From NCBI RefSeq assembly GCF_001194135.2, contig NC_068981.1, forward strand, positions 49,937,239-49,972,414: a stretch of 35,176 bases of DNA, in the 5' to 3' direction. Positions 1 to 12,945 of this stretch are shown in pieces. Positions within the stretch are counted from its first letter, which is position 1, and every line of letters begins with the position of its first letter. Made by a program: the position numbers and the translations under genes. The notes beneath the pieces were generated by a model. It was not told the DNA's origin, did no database searches, and worked only from the letters and a program-made list of their open reading frames with translations. This DNA is from Octopus bimaculoides (lineage: Eukaryota).

Positions 1-735
1 ATGGAACGCCTCCGTTAGGCAAAGCTTGCAATTGGAGCGCTGGCCCTGGTATGGAGTTCCAGAGTCTAAGATGGACCATTTTAAGGTGTATTGGGTATTT
101 TTGTTTTTGAGGTGATGAATATGATTGGCTAATGTTGTAGATTTACTGTGTTTGTCGTATCTAAAAGAGTGCATGTGTGCTGCGTAGCGATGTTTAAAGT
201 TTATAGTTGTACGTGGCAGTAGAGTTATGTAATAGATTTTTAACGGTGCATTTATATATTACATTGTATCTTACGCAATGTGTTTGAAGCGGACAGATAG
301 TCCCGGAGCGACAGTTACAAGTGTAGGAAGCTAGAGGGTTGCGTGTGCTTGTGGTTGAGTTATTATTATAGGAGGATATGTTATTAGGGGATGTGTAGGA
401 ATCTAGATCAGTGGAATTATTGTTATGGCTATTAGTCCTATCAGTGTTATTATTGGTATTGTTATTATCTAGAATATTAATGGGTTGGGATCCATTGTGG
501 TTTTGTTCCAGTGTACGAGCGTTAGTGTTAGAAGAACGTATATTGATGTCCGTGTTGGGTGTATGTGTGGGTCGGGTGCTGGTGTTAGCATAGCTACGGT
601 TGCTTAGGTTTTGGTAATAGAGCGAGAGTTTATGTTTGTTAGAAGCTACTATAATAGATTCAAAGTTAGGAGTGGTAGAATACGATAATTTTAAAGTGGA
701 TCTGTTGAATATAGAGTGGTATTTGTGTTGTCGTG
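1..735 (-). mobile_element. Penelope-like retroelement, 3' part (linker + GIY-YIG endonuclease), frameshifted, runs off the window start
   Basis: Manual minus-strand translation from ~729 is open: HKYHSIFNRSTLKLSYSTTPNFESII, an N/T/S-rich stretch, then CNCRSGTICPLQTHCVRYNVIYKCTV. After a frameshift at ~207/208 it reads FKHRYAAHMHSFRYDKHSKSTTLANHIHHLKNKNTQYTLKWSILDSGTPYQGQRSNCKLCLTEAFH. These match Penelope-type motifs (HKIFNRNTVKVSYS, CNCR..CPL..C, VIY..YIG, R...H, LKWSI, C.LCL.E). The upstream part is lost in the N-gap. Confidence 0.88.
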
Positions 736-1025
736 NNNNNNNNNNNNNNNNNNNNNNNNNNNNNNNNNNNNNNNNNNNNNNNNNNNNNNNNNNNNNNNNN
801 NNNNNNNNNNNNNNNNNNNNNNNNNNNNNNNNNNNNNNNNNNNNNNNNNNNNNNNNNNNNNNNNNNNNNNNNNNNNNNNNNNNNNNNNNNNNNNNNNNNN
901 NNNNNNNNNNNNNNNNNNNNNNNNNNNNNNNNNNNNNNNNNNNNNNNNNNNNNNNNNNNNNNNNNNNNNNNNNNNNNNNNNNNNNNNNNNNNNNNNNNNN
1001 NNNNNNNNNNNNNNNNNNNNNNNNN
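736..1025. other. Assembly gap (N run) followed by a (TA)n microsatellite to ~1065
   Basis: N run seen directly; a (TA)n tract starts at 1026. Confidence 0.98.
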
Positions 1026-1068
<43 letters not shown>

Positions 1069-2229
1069 CAAAATAAGCAATATGATATCAAGAGGTAATG
1101 CAGTACGACCATTTCTAGTGGATCCAGTTGATTGAACAATGCAATCATTACATCAATGTAAATGCAGGGCTATCCTCAGTTGCATAAATAAATAGAATTT
1201 TTTTAATCCGTTGGACACATTAATATAATTTTACTCAAATTCTCTAATAGAGCAAGAAGAGGGAGAACGTTCATGTTGCTATTAATGTGACTCAGAATAT
1301 ACTACCTTTCTGAGTGTGGTATGAAGTTTGTTAGGGTCATAGCTTGTAAATGATTATGGATCACTTTTTATTTATTAGTCTTTGGTTATCAACTACCAAA
1401 TCTAAGGCTAGTTGGCAGTGTCTATTTAGAATGAGTAGACAAAGTGAGTTGACAGTTTATCGTTGGGTATAGTCATAAATATTGTCAGGGTTTAGAAAAT
1501 GTATAAGTGAGTGTCTACAAATGAGGCTGGATAGGGGAAGACACTAAATCAAATTGTTAATTACCGGTTAAAAGGGGTGAAGTGCTAATAAAATCTATGA
1601 TGTTCATACAGAGCAAATTATCATAGGGTACAATGGATGATTGTATATAAACAATATTATTATATTGTATGAAGATACAATTTAAGATTATTAAAAATGA
1701 TATAAACAGAATAGATAAACTGTGAATATATAACAATTTTCAACATTAGAAATGGAAGATTACATAGAATTCGTTTAATATTCATACCAGTACTTAATTA
1801 TTTACTTATAAGGTGGATTCTATAAAGATTACTCTGTACTTATGGAATACTGGGCAGAAAAATCATGCAATATTTATATTAGTTATAAGCTAAGAATCAG
1901 AAAATATCAGAAAAATAAGTTGTGCACAGATACATGCACATGTTTAACTATGTGCACACATGCAAATATACACAAATATTTTTACTTTGTTATGGGTATG
2001 TTATAATCAACTATACTTGACTTAAGTAACTAGAAAGTATATATTTCTCTTTATGAACATTGATATCTCATAAGTGTAAGCGGTTAAGAGGTAAAAATAT
2101 GAAAATAAGAAAACACAATAAAAAGAAATTATATATATATCTTATTGCATATGATACTAGCGGGTAAGTTCACCTCATATACGACACTAAAATTAATTTC
2201 TCCTGACAAGGCTCAAGTGCAGCAGCTAT

Positions 2230-3720
2230 AAGCGCTAATTTCCAAAATACCTAAATGTACGGGTGACACTATGTACGCATTATACCCTTACGTCTAATCT
2301 ATTATTGACCAAGTTGCTCTTGTCCCTAAACTTAAAATTTCATAGGTTTCCATAGAGCACAGCTCGCACTCGTAGCGATTATCTCTATAATGCTGCTCTT
2401 TCCTTATAATATCCCATTTAAGGCTAAATTTCCTTCGGTTCCCAAATCTTGGTAGACAAGGATGTACAATTGGCCCTATGTTTGAGCCTAAAGGATGAAA
2501 AATGATTATTAATGCGCGTTTTCATATTTATTGAACATCCTATATATACAACATTATTAGCTACAGTTATGATAGTACACCAATAGATTACGTTTGGGTT
2601 AGATATCGGCCCAATAACATACAGTAAGATTTAACTAGGAAAATTACCACTATTAATATTATTGATATTCATACCATTATTGCTATTAATATTACTATTA
2701 ATATTAATCCAACTACTACTATTTTATGTATTATTTTTATATCCGATATTATCTCTCCAACCTTCAATTGTAGTATCGTCCACATTCATCCCAGCATCAT
2801 CAGGGGTATCGGTAGTCTGTGCTAGTGTGGACCTGAGAGCTATAGTCTATATTGTATATATTAGAATCATTAGTACCGATGTTTCTACTTTGTACCTCAC
2901 CATTAATATTATTACTCACATTGTAGTCGTTTAGGTTATTTAAATTGATGGGATTGCTCGATGCTTTTCTAGTTAGTATGTTTTCCCGACCAAGTAAGTT
3001 TGTAATCCCTTAAAATCGCATTACTTTCACTATAATTAGGCGCTATACTTTTAGGACTAAGAAAAGTAATTTCCTTGTCGTATCCTGTTTTAGACAAATT
3101 AAAGTTGTAGTGGTGGGAATGGGTATTGAAAATTTCCTTATTCGCTGATAATGTCGTAATCCTCGTCGAAATACTTTTAACCACTGATTTTAACACATTA
3201 GGGAAGGATTTGGTAATTTGTTTACGTACCTCGTAACATCACCTGGTTTCCTATAGGGGTGGTATAATCCTGAGTTAATGGCTAATGTAGTGTCTTAGAA
3301 ATTTGCTACTTTTGTGCCATATTCAAACGTGATACCTAATTTGAAGCTTTTAAATCTTTTTTTAAAATTCTCTTCCTCATTCTTACTATGACTGTTTATT
3401 GTCGTTAGGATAATGAATAGAGCACCGTCTCTAAATAATCTTCCTTGCATTTCAGGGTTTTCACTTTTGAGGCACCTTCATAAATATGCACCAACAACAT
3501 TAGTGATTCAGCTAAATCACTCGCGCCCGTAGCTATATCGAAATTATAAGGGGTATCGGACCTTGCCAATAGCTTACCCTCAAATTCTATGATAGTCTTC
3601 CTAGCTAAAAGTATAATGTCAATTTTATCTCTAGTTATAAGATTTTATTCACGTTACTTTGCGTTGTATGGATAATACCGCACCAAATTTGTGCTGAAAC
3701 GTAAGTAGCTAATTCGACTA
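2230..3720 (-). mobile_element. Degenerate Penelope-like element: RT C-terminal half, N-rich linker and GIY-YIG endonuclease
   Basis: Minus-strand translation with stops and frameshifts gives IILLARKTIIEF, FDIATGASDLAE (cf. FDVTMGSYDGAE), RLFRDGAL (cf. GLYRDDGL), NF*DTTL..YHPYRKPGDVTRYVNK and KSISTRITTLSANKEIFNTHSHHYNFNLSKTGYDKEI (ORF 2969-3196). It continues with an Asn-rich linker, NVIYWCTI..VYIGCSINMKTRINNHFSSFR, LKWDII, CELCSMETY and NLVNNR..C.H. The 5' side ends at the (TG)n tract at 3721. Confidence 0.88.
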
Positions 3721-3735
3721 TGTGTGTGTGTATGT

Positions 3736-3812
<77 letters not shown>
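3721..3812. repeat. (TG)n microsatellite
   Basis: Near-perfect TG dinucleotide run. Confidence 0.97.
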
Positions 3813-3816
<4 letters not shown>

Positions 3817-3884
3817 TAAATTTCCCAAATACTTTCCATGATTGAAAAATTAATTCAAACCTCAAAAACCTAGACTGGGAAAAT

Positions 3885-3962
3885 CTATTTCAATTATAAA
3901 ACGACCAGATAAAGGAAGGGCTGTAGTCTTGATGGGCACAAAATTTTATGCAGATCAGATAT
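3885..3962 (+). mobile_element. Small Penelope-like RT N-terminal fragment (DKG motif)
   Basis: Reads IIKRPDKGRAVVLMGTKFYADQI, resembling the Penelope RT motif IIKPADKG.AVVIM...Y. It is short, so the assignment is moderate. Confidence 0.55.
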
Positions 3963-5651
3963 ACTAATACGAAAAATAGTAATATATTTAATGCCTATTA
4001 AATGATCTGATTCACAGTCTCCTTATGTTACAATGCAAATATATTATATAATGCTTATATGGGTGTAGGGCGCTTTAGCGGCGATGATACATATCTCATT
4101 TCTCATGAATTGCGAGTGCCTGTGTGCGAGTGTGAGTGATTGTAAGCGAGTGTAAGTGGAGAGACGAAGAAAGAAATATAAATTACTTGCTTATTACGAA
4201 CACAGTCATCCCTTATTTTTAATTAACTTTGAGTGTACTGGCATTACATTCTCGCATCAAATTGCTGTAGGATCAATTTTGAATAATTATAATATCCGTT
4301 TTATATCCCTTATTCACGAATAGAATGGACAATTTATTGATAATTAATCTAATGAATATTTCTATTCATTTGGGTCTAAATTTATGAATCAAAACCTTAA
4401 TATATTAAAGAATATGTATTTAGATATAATATATATAGGGAATGCTAACAGTGTGATATCTTAAAATATTTACGTAAAATAAAACTGTTAGTCACATGGA
4501 TATCTTATTTAATATAAAGCCTAGAAGCTACACTTGAGGAGAAGTGATCATATAGTCAGTTGCGGTAGAATATGCCAGCACAACGAAGATCTAAGTAGCT
4601 GACATGAGATTAGAATGTGAATAATACAATAGGAGATGATAGGAGTTTGGTAATTTTGGCAATCATGACATATATTGGGTCATATTACACCTCCTCGGGA
4701 ATGAATATACCATATCAGCACTGTGAGAGAATAATGCATGAAAAATAACTGAATAATTGAATGTATGTGTAGAATCGATGTACCTTTCATTGGTTTGTAG
4801 TCTTGTGAATGGTTACGTATACTACACTTAATTCTGTCGTACATAGATTGCTCGTTTAGACTATTTCCCCACGTACTTTCGGAAACATTGTAGTATGTTT
4901 CATTTCATCTTTATGTTGATGAAACATACTTTCACTAAACCGAGAGCACACTCACGAGTAAAGATAAATTTTTGAACTTTGGTGAGAAAATATAATACTT
5001 CAAAATATAATTCTTCTGCATTTTCTAAAAATACCTAAGAATATATTGGGTTCTTTTTCTGCGAGGTATAGCATTTCTTCTCGAATAAAATACGTACGTA
5101 CATTACACTGCTTTCTATTTGCAATGCATGTTGCATTATTAAAAGCATATCATGTGCCATGAATGACAAATTGGATTACGCATGGTATAGGTTGAATCCA
5201 CTAATATGAAATACTAGGTGTCTTTTACCCGAATGGAACAAACTCAGCATTTGTATATCTTTGAATCAGCTTGGTTATGCATTAAGAAAAGCATATTGCA
5301 TCTCAAAATGTCAAATATTCTATCGCAAAATATTTCATGACTAGGACAAACAAATAATTTATCATTGGAGTCTTATTCTTAAGGCTTGGAGGAAGAAAGC
5401 ACAAGCAAAACTATGTTGTTTTTTTATATCAAGATTCTTTTAGGAAAACAACAATAACAGATGGCATTTAGTACAGTATTAGCTCTATATTGCAGCGCTA
5501 TATTATATAATATATAACATCAGTTTCCATATTAGTTGCAACTGTGCACTTTCGATACACTGAAATAGCATTTTGAAATTTAACTTGATAGCATATTATA
5601 ATGCGTAGGATTCTAATTGTAACATAGGCGCTTTCAGCATTACTTTACTAT

Positions 5652-5873
5652 AAGGCCGCAAATTGCTTGCAGAACTGTTAACATGTCGGACAAAATGCTT
5701 AGCCACATTTGTTCCGTCTTTGCAGTCTGAGTTCAAATTCCGTCGATATTCACATTACCTTTCCTCCTTTCAGAGTCGATAAAATAAGCACCAGTTGAGC
5801 ACTGGAGCCGGTGGCATTAACTTAATCCCTTCCGAAAATCTTTGACCTAGTGCATAAATTTGAAATCAATATT
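5652..5873 (+). mobile_element. tRNA-head SINE, family A (octopus-type), near full length
   Basis: B-box-like GTTCAAATTCC at 5731-5741. The core GTCGATAAAATAAGCACCAGTTGAGCACTGG and the 3' AAATTTGAAATCAATATTA are shared with copies at 10283, 10387, 25198 and 32495. Confidence 0.8.
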
Positions 5874-6340
5874 ACTTCAGTGTGAATATGATTATTTTTA
5901 ACAATCTTTTGATTCTGTTGAGCAATATAATCCAGAGATGTTATATTCGAGCTAGACACTAAATACTGTGTAAACCATAAGCGCTACAAATTTACTTCGT
6001 TTTCTCAACACCAGCGTGATGTTAAATCAAATAATTTTCATTTGCACTTTATTTAGATATATTCCTTCATTCTATTTCCCTTATGAAAATGCTTATCGTC
6101 ATAATCTTACAAAACACATAAGAGAATGTATGACTTTGCCATTGTGTAAACGCTTATATAATAAATTTCAGCTTGGTTATAACATTCAGATTTGGAATTA
6201 CAATAAATTCTCAGTTTGTTGAAACTTTTATGGAATTATCATTCAAGTTGGGATCGGCGCAAATATTTTATCTTATTTTCGCCTCGACACATTACAATAA
6301 TTGTACATTAGCCGAAATTTGTATATTATTTTCTGACTGT

Positions 6341-6540
6341 TTTACTCTTTACTCTTTTACTTGTTTCAGTCATTTGACTGCGGCCATGCTGGAGCATTGC
6401 CTTTAGTTGTGCAAATCAATCCCAGGACTTATTCTTTGTAGGCCTAGTACTTATTCTATCGGTCTCTTTTGCCGGACCGCTAAGTTACGGTGACGTAAAC
6501 ACACCTGCATCGGTTGTCAAGCGATGTTGGTAGAACAAAC
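6341..6540 (-). mobile_element. SINE, family B (octopus-type), with short (AAAGAGT)-like tail repeats
   Basis: The minus strand contains GACCGATAGAATAAGTACTAG, similar to the family A core GTCGATAAAATAAGTACCAG, and ends in repeated AAAGAGTAAA. I recognise it from memory as an abundant Octopus repeat. It abuts a (CA)n/(TA)n tract. Confidence 0.7.
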
Positions 6541-7056
6541 ACACACACACAAACACACACACACACACAGATATATATATATATNNNNNNNNNNNNNNNN
6601 NNNNNNNNNNNNNNNNNNNNNNNNNNNNNNNNNNNNNNNNNNNNNNNNNNNNNNNNNNNNNNNNNNNNNNNNNNNNNNNNNNNNNNNNNNNNNNNNNNNN
6701 NNNNNNNNNNNNNNNNNNNNNNNNNNNNNNNNNNNNNNNNNNNNNNNNNNNNNNNNNNNNNNNNNNNNNNNNNNNNNNNNNNNNNNNNNNNNNNNNNNNN
6801 NNNNNNNNNNNNNNNNNNNNNNNNNNNNNNNNNNNNNNNNNNNNNNNNNNNNNNNNNNNNNNNNNNNNNNNNNNNNNNNNNNNNNNNNNNNNNNNNNNNN
6901 NNNNNNNNNNNNNNNNNNNNNNNNNNNNNNNNNNNNNNNNNNNNNNNNNNNNNNNNNNNNNNNNNNNNNNNNNNNNNNNNNNNNNNNNNNNNNNNNNNNN
7001 NNNNNNNNNNNNNNNNNNNNNNNNNNNNNNNNNNNNNNNNNNNNNNNNNNNNNNNN

Positions 7057-7085
<29 letters not shown>
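6539..7085. repeat. (CA)n/(TA)n microsatellites flanking an assembly gap (N 6585-7056)
   Basis: Seen directly. Confidence 0.97.
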
Positions 7086-7088
<3 letters not shown>

Positions 7089-8606
7089 TCTGTATAATGT
7101 ACACAGGCACACACGGAATACATTTAGTTATAGATATCGACAGTAGATGGACAGGCAGAGAATTGAAGCAGAGGAAAATTACTGCATACATTAAGCTACA
7201 AGATGTGAAGTTCTTACATGTGTAAGAAACTGACCGATACTACGGAACAATATAAGTGGTTCTTCTGAAAGCATTGCACGCGGTTTGGAAAACATGATTT
7301 AAGAAATGAACTCAGGATAGACATTGCAGATGATAAATTCTCTGACTATTTGCGACGGAGAAGAGAAAGTAAATGTGGGTTTGCTTCATCTGAATGTTAA
7401 CGTAGCGTGCCTTGCCCAACTAAAGGGTGTGATATGGGTTAAATGATGAAGCACATTAATAATGATTGTTACCATACATTTTCCAACACACACACAGAAA
7501 TTCACACTAACACATAAATCCACTTGCATTGCAAATCAGAATTCGGAATATATGATATGAAAATTAGTCCATTTAATCATATCACGAGTAATTCTACTGG
7601 GAAAACGAGTAGAATCCTGCATCCCAGCAAGCGAACTGTATCGGCAGGACATATTAACACGCCTCCATATTTATACTTATCCCACAGTTTATCCATTCTT
7701 CTCCCCACACACAAACTAATAACCAGCGTGATTTGTGTATATTCTAAGCTTTATACATACAAGGGTGCAATTATTTGAACTTGCTTTTCCTTTGGCAAGC
7801 TAGATGTAGTGGCTCGTGCAATTCACCAAGATTACCAAAGTCACTTATATGGATTAAGTTGCTGCCGGGATTATCATGGGTGCCGAGCAGCACCAGGTTT
7901 TTGTATTGATTTTGGCACGATTTAGATTGTAAATCTTAGGATTTAGCCGGCATCTCCAATGATCAGAAATTGAGAAAATGCAAAGTGTTGTACTGGAGGT
8001 TGTTCACCTGGAGTAAAGAGAGATCTGTCTCATAAAAATGTTTTGTTATGTTGACACCAGTTACTAATTATTTAGCAGCTCAAATTTCTGTCTATGATTT
8101 TACGATTGTTCCCCCGCGCCCAGGGTTTCAACACTAAACAATACCAAGATTAGACTAGGCGATAAATAGGTTTACCAAAACTATACGGATCAATTGGCCT
8201 CCTGTATATCTAAATTTGTTTTTATTATTTGCATAATTCATATTTATAACTCCAACGACTACGCATTCACAAATTCCATTACAGATACTATACCAGTAGA
8301 AGCATAAATTTATTTAAATTGTCCAAACTTTGAAACATCAAAAAGTTCAAAATAATTTTAAGAAATGCTAAATGTTATGACTCAATGATTGTCATATTTC
8401 CATGTTTTTTTCTTATCTTTACATTGGAAAAACACCTGCCTATCACGTAATACCATGTGCCTAGTCATATATATTTCTAAGTCTGTTAGTTATGATGCAA
8501 GGGGTGTTGTACTTACAATAGGAATAAGATTAACGATATACAGAGTGCTGGAATGCTGTATGCGAGGTTACCATTTCTCTTCGGGTTTTCTATAATGTAC
8601 AGTACT

Positions 8607-8870
8607 CACTCCCGCACACACGCACGCACNNNNNNNNNNNNNNNNNNNNNNNNNNNNNNNNNNNNNNNNNNNNNNNNNNNNNNNNNNNNNNNNNNNNNNN
8701 NNNNNNNNNNNNNNNNNNNNNNNNNNNNNNNNNNNNNNNNNNNNNNNNNNNNNNNNNNNNNNNNNNNNNNNNNNNNNCACACGCACCACTCACACACACA
8801 CACACGCACACACACACACCACTCACACACACACACACACACGCACACACACACACACACCACTCACACA
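8607..8870. repeat. (CA)n-type microsatellite spanning an assembly gap (N 8630-8777)
   Basis: Seen directly. Confidence 0.97.
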
Positions 8871-9481
8871 AAATACATTTTATTTGAGTCGAATTTCCAT
8901 TGAATGGAAGACTTCCTACTACAAAGACTTTTGAATATATATTACTGTTATTAATATGTAAATTGATCACATGCAAATTATCTTTCTCTAGGAACTAATT
9001 TCAGAATATAAAGTATCGATGATAAATTATAGGAAAATATTGTTATTCGAAAATGCATTTAGATCAATTTAGCTGAGTTCCATAGTGAAACAATAATTTT
9101 GCTAAAATGTTGAACGGGAAAATATAATATACGAAGTGTTCAAATATTTATTTAGACAAAGTTAAAATGCTATGTGCAAAATTTCATTATGAAGTAGTTG
9201 TGTGATATCAGCAGTGGAACAGAACAAAAATGTTTAGTAATTTCACACATTTATTTTTTGAAAGTAAACTACATAGTATAATGTTTTGAATAAAATCAAA
9301 TTACCTTAAAAGTTGTCATTTCTTTCTGTTTTCATGAACATTTTGAAGCACATCATTTGTCATGAAGCTGAAACAGTTGAAGCTGATATTATTTACAAAT
9401 ATTCAGATTTGACAGAGTGATTGCAATAATCATCTTGGGCAAAAAAATGTTACTGAAGTATTACACTTCCTGTCTTATTTT

Positions 9482-9488
9482 CTCCCTT

Positions 9489-9538
<50 letters not shown>

Positions 9539-9983
9539 CTTCTCTCTCTCTCTCTCTATCTATCTATATCTATATCTATATATATATATNNNNNNNNNNN
9601 NNNNNNNNNNNNNNNNNNNNNNNNNNNNNNNNNNNNNNNNNNNNNNNNNNNNNNNNNNNNNNNNNNNNNNNNNNNNNNNNNNNNNNNNNNNNNNNNNNNN
9701 NNNNNNNNNNNNNNNNNNNNNNNNNNNNNNNNNNNNNNNNNNNNNNNNNNNNNNNNNNNNNNNNNNNNNNNNNNNNNNNNNNNNNNNNNNNNNNNNNNNN
9801 NNNNNNNNNNNNNNNNNNNNNNNNNNNNNNNNNNNNNNNNNNNNNNNNNNNNNNNNNNNNNNNNNNNNNNNNNNNNNNNNNNNNNNNNNNNNNNNNNNNN
9901 NNNNNNNNNNNNNNNNNNNNNNNNNNNNNNNNNNNNNNNNNNNNNNNNNNNNNNNNNNNNNNNNNNNNNNNNNNNNNNNNNNN
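9482..9983. repeat. (TC)n grading into (TATC)/(TA)n, then an assembly gap (N 9590-9983)
   Basis: Seen directly. Confidence 0.97.
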
Positions 9984-10282
9984 AATGTGGGGAATTATAT
10001 TAGAACATAATATACAAAACGTTTTACACGAAGCAGTAGCAGGAAAAACAATATCATGTTATTTTTCAAAATGTTTCTTTAAAAATTTAACATGCGTGTA
10101 GATCGATAATGCATTCAATTAGTCTCCATTACAAATGCCCATCAATGTTTCAATTACAGAAAGCAAATATGTGCTATACTCCCGAATTAAATTTATGCCT
10201 AAGAAAATATTTGCAATAATACATACTCAGTTGCAATAAAACAACTCTTTATATCACGTATACTCGTTACATATCCTACATC

Positions 10283-10375
10283 TAAGTACCAGTTGAGCAC
10301 TGGTGTCGATTCATTCGACTTAGTCCGTTTCCCAAGAGTGCTGACACTCTGCCAAAATTTGAAGTTAATATTATT
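10283..10375 (+). mobile_element. SINE family A, 3' fragment
   Basis: TAAGTACCAGTTGAGCACTGGTGTCGATTCATTCGACTTA...AAAATTTGAAGTTAATATTA matches the 3' half of the 5652-5873 copy. Confidence 0.8.
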
Positions 10376-10386
10376 ATACTACATTT

Positions 10387-10575
10387 AAGATGGCGAGACG
10401 GCAGAATCGTTAGCAGGCTGAGCATAGTGCTTTGCGGCATTTCGTCCGTCTTGACTTTCGCGATCCACTGAAATCGACTCTCTGTTTCATCCCTTCGGGA
10501 TCGATATAATAGGCACCATTTGAAAACTGGAGTTGAAATTACTGACTTTTTGCCAAAAGTTGAAATGGATATTAC
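10387..10575 (+). mobile_element. SINE family A, diverged copy with internal deletions
   Basis: A-box-like head AAGATGGCGAGACGGCAGAATCGTTAGCA, core GATCGATATAATAGGCACCATTTGAAAACTGG and 3' AAAAGTTGAAATGGATATTA. Confidence 0.72.
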
Positions 10576-10979
10576 TATAATGTATCTATTACCGTTTCAG
10601 TAAACTCTATAACCTAGAAACCTAGGTTGTATTTTGTATCACCGTGCTAAATGCTATATTCCCTATACGTAAAGGTCCGAGATAAATTACCATTCAATGA
10701 CTGTTGACCAAGGAAATATGCTATCCTCAAAATTAAGAAGACTCACAAGCAAAATTTGATAAAAAACAATCAATTTTTAATTTCCTTTCGTTTATTAATT
10801 TTCACCATTAATTGTTTAATGGAATACATTTCAGTGAGCATTGAAACTAATTCTTCCAATAATTATTTACTCATTTATATTCTTACGACGTGAATGGCTA
10901 TAAAATGTCACATGACATACGGCATTTTTCAGGAATTTGTTATGATATAAGATATATTAAAATCCTGGTTGTCCATCTA

Positions 10980-12945
10980 ATCCAATGATAACCACATCAA
11001 ATCTCTTTTCTGTCGCAAACTCGGATACAACACACATACACACAAACTCACACTCACACACACATATACGAAACACATGTACAACTCTTGATCTCGGTAT
11101 TCCTCATGCAATCTCCTTACAATGAACACTGCATCTATTGTCCCCCTTCCTGGCATAAAACCAGATTGCATCTGGTCGACATCCAACCCCTTCCGCATTC
11201 GCTTCTCCTACACCCTTTCCACTACCTTCAATGGATGCTCCAATAATTTCACTCCCGTATACACCCTACAATTCATCGCACCCACTTCTCCTTGAAACTC
11301 GGTACCATCGCTCTTAGTACCCAATCATCTGGCATTCCTATTCCATCCAGCACACTCTGGCAGAGTTCCATCATCACAATAATCCTTATGTTTCCACTTG
11401 TATTTATCATTTCCAAACTTACTTCTGATGGATCACCTGCCTTTCCCGTTTTCATTTCCTTCCTTGCCTCTACTACCACTTCCCGACCAAGCCTCTCCAC
11501 TGGACTCCCACAACAGTAACTTCCACCCTATGATCCCATTCATTCTCCTCGTTTATAATTCCCTCCATATGCTCCTTTCAAACTCTTCTCCTGTCCTTTT
11601 CACTAAAATTCAATCTCCCATTACTCTCTCTCATGCATCTGCCTCCCTCAACGTCTATTCCCTTTTTTTTGTCACTGATTTGATAAGCCTAAACACTCTA
11701 TCTGGCTTCTCATCCAACCCGCTTAACATCTCGTCAGCCTCCTTCCTGATAGATCACGCAACCACCTGCTTTACATGATTCTTCATGTTATTAAACCTGG
11801 CTTTAATTTCCTGAATCCTATTATCATTAAAAGTTTTATGCGCCACCTTCTTCCTCGCCACCGCATTCCTCACCTCGTCATTCCATGATCACGTATCTCC
11901 TCGATTTCTCTTAACTTTCGTTCTTCCACACACATGCTTTTAGTACCCCTTTTTTAAAAGACTTCCCTAAGTCCGTGCATCAATGCTTACCATCTCCTCA
12001 ACTCTCTCCTCAAACGAAGCTTTTGTTTCTTCCTTTTGCATTTCCCACAGCTTTCTCCTCTCAACAGTTCCCTTTCTCACACACCTTTTATCTATCCTCT
12101 TATCCAAGTCAGCAACGACTAACCTGTATTGCAACTCCCATGGTATGTCTTCACATCTCTCAGATACGTTCTGTTTTTCTTGCTAACCAACACGAAGTCA
12201 ATCTCATTCCCTGGTGCACTGAAATTCACTTTCTCGGTTTCCCTAAACTATGTGTTCGCCACACGAACTCTTTCTCATCACAAAATTCAAATTCCAACAG
12301 CATACTTCCTTCTACTTTTCTCTCCCCAATTCCGTTTCCACAATACACACCCTCAAAGCCCTGGATCCATTTCCCAACGTGTCCATTAAAATAACACGTG
12401 CTTCAATCCAATACATCCACCTCGCATTCGCCATTTCATCAAAAAACTGCTCTTTCTCAATGATCACTCTTCCACTTTGCAGACCACACCCACAAATCAC
12501 CCTCACCACTTCATCCTCAAATGCTAGCATTACTGTCATCATTCTGTCACTCGTTTTCCTAACTTCTATCACCTTCTTACAGATTTCTTCCTTAACCAAA
12601 ACTCTCACGCCTCTAGTTCATATGCTATTTACCGACCACCACAACTTGTGCCTTCTTCCCTTGATCCCCTCAAATCTTGCATCCTGGCCACTTCTCGTAG
12701 CCTCATGCACACAACACACATCCATCCTTCTCTTCCTCATTTCCTCATATAACTCAATTCGCTTTTCACGCAGACTGCCGACATTCCAGATTCCCAAGCG
12801 CACCCCAAGTTTCTCCTCAGATCTTCAGGTATCGTAAGGCGAGTCGTGCTGTGGAACCCAAGATAAGTGATTGCACCTTCCTTTTTGAGATACTCAGGTG
12901 CAGCCCACCCTTCCTGCTGGCACTGCCAGGAGCACCACCACAGTC
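10980..12945 (-). mobile_element. RTE-clade LINE (AP endonuclease + N-terminal half of RT), degenerate and 3'-truncated
   Basis: APE motifs RLGIWNVGSL and RRMDVCCVHE (ORF 12618-12803) and SDRMMTV..VVRVICG (12312-12608). Linker WNDEVRNAV. Pre-RT MKTGKAGDPSEVSLEMI..MPDDW (11273-11500). RT QSGFMPGRGTIDAVFIVRRLHEEY..ELYMCFV (10977-11198). Many stops and frameshifts; no YADD region present. Confidence 0.92.

Noticed and set aside
411-593. Leu-rich, signal-peptide-like plus-strand ORF (also 2662-2934, 12851-13180 and 13628-13993)
   Set aside because: Each hydrophobic peptide is a shadow reading, antisense or in an alternative frame, of a low-complexity TE linker.
11292-12837. Overlapping plus-strand ORFs rich in S/L/F/P
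   Set aside because: They are antisense shadows of the purine-rich RTE coding strand.
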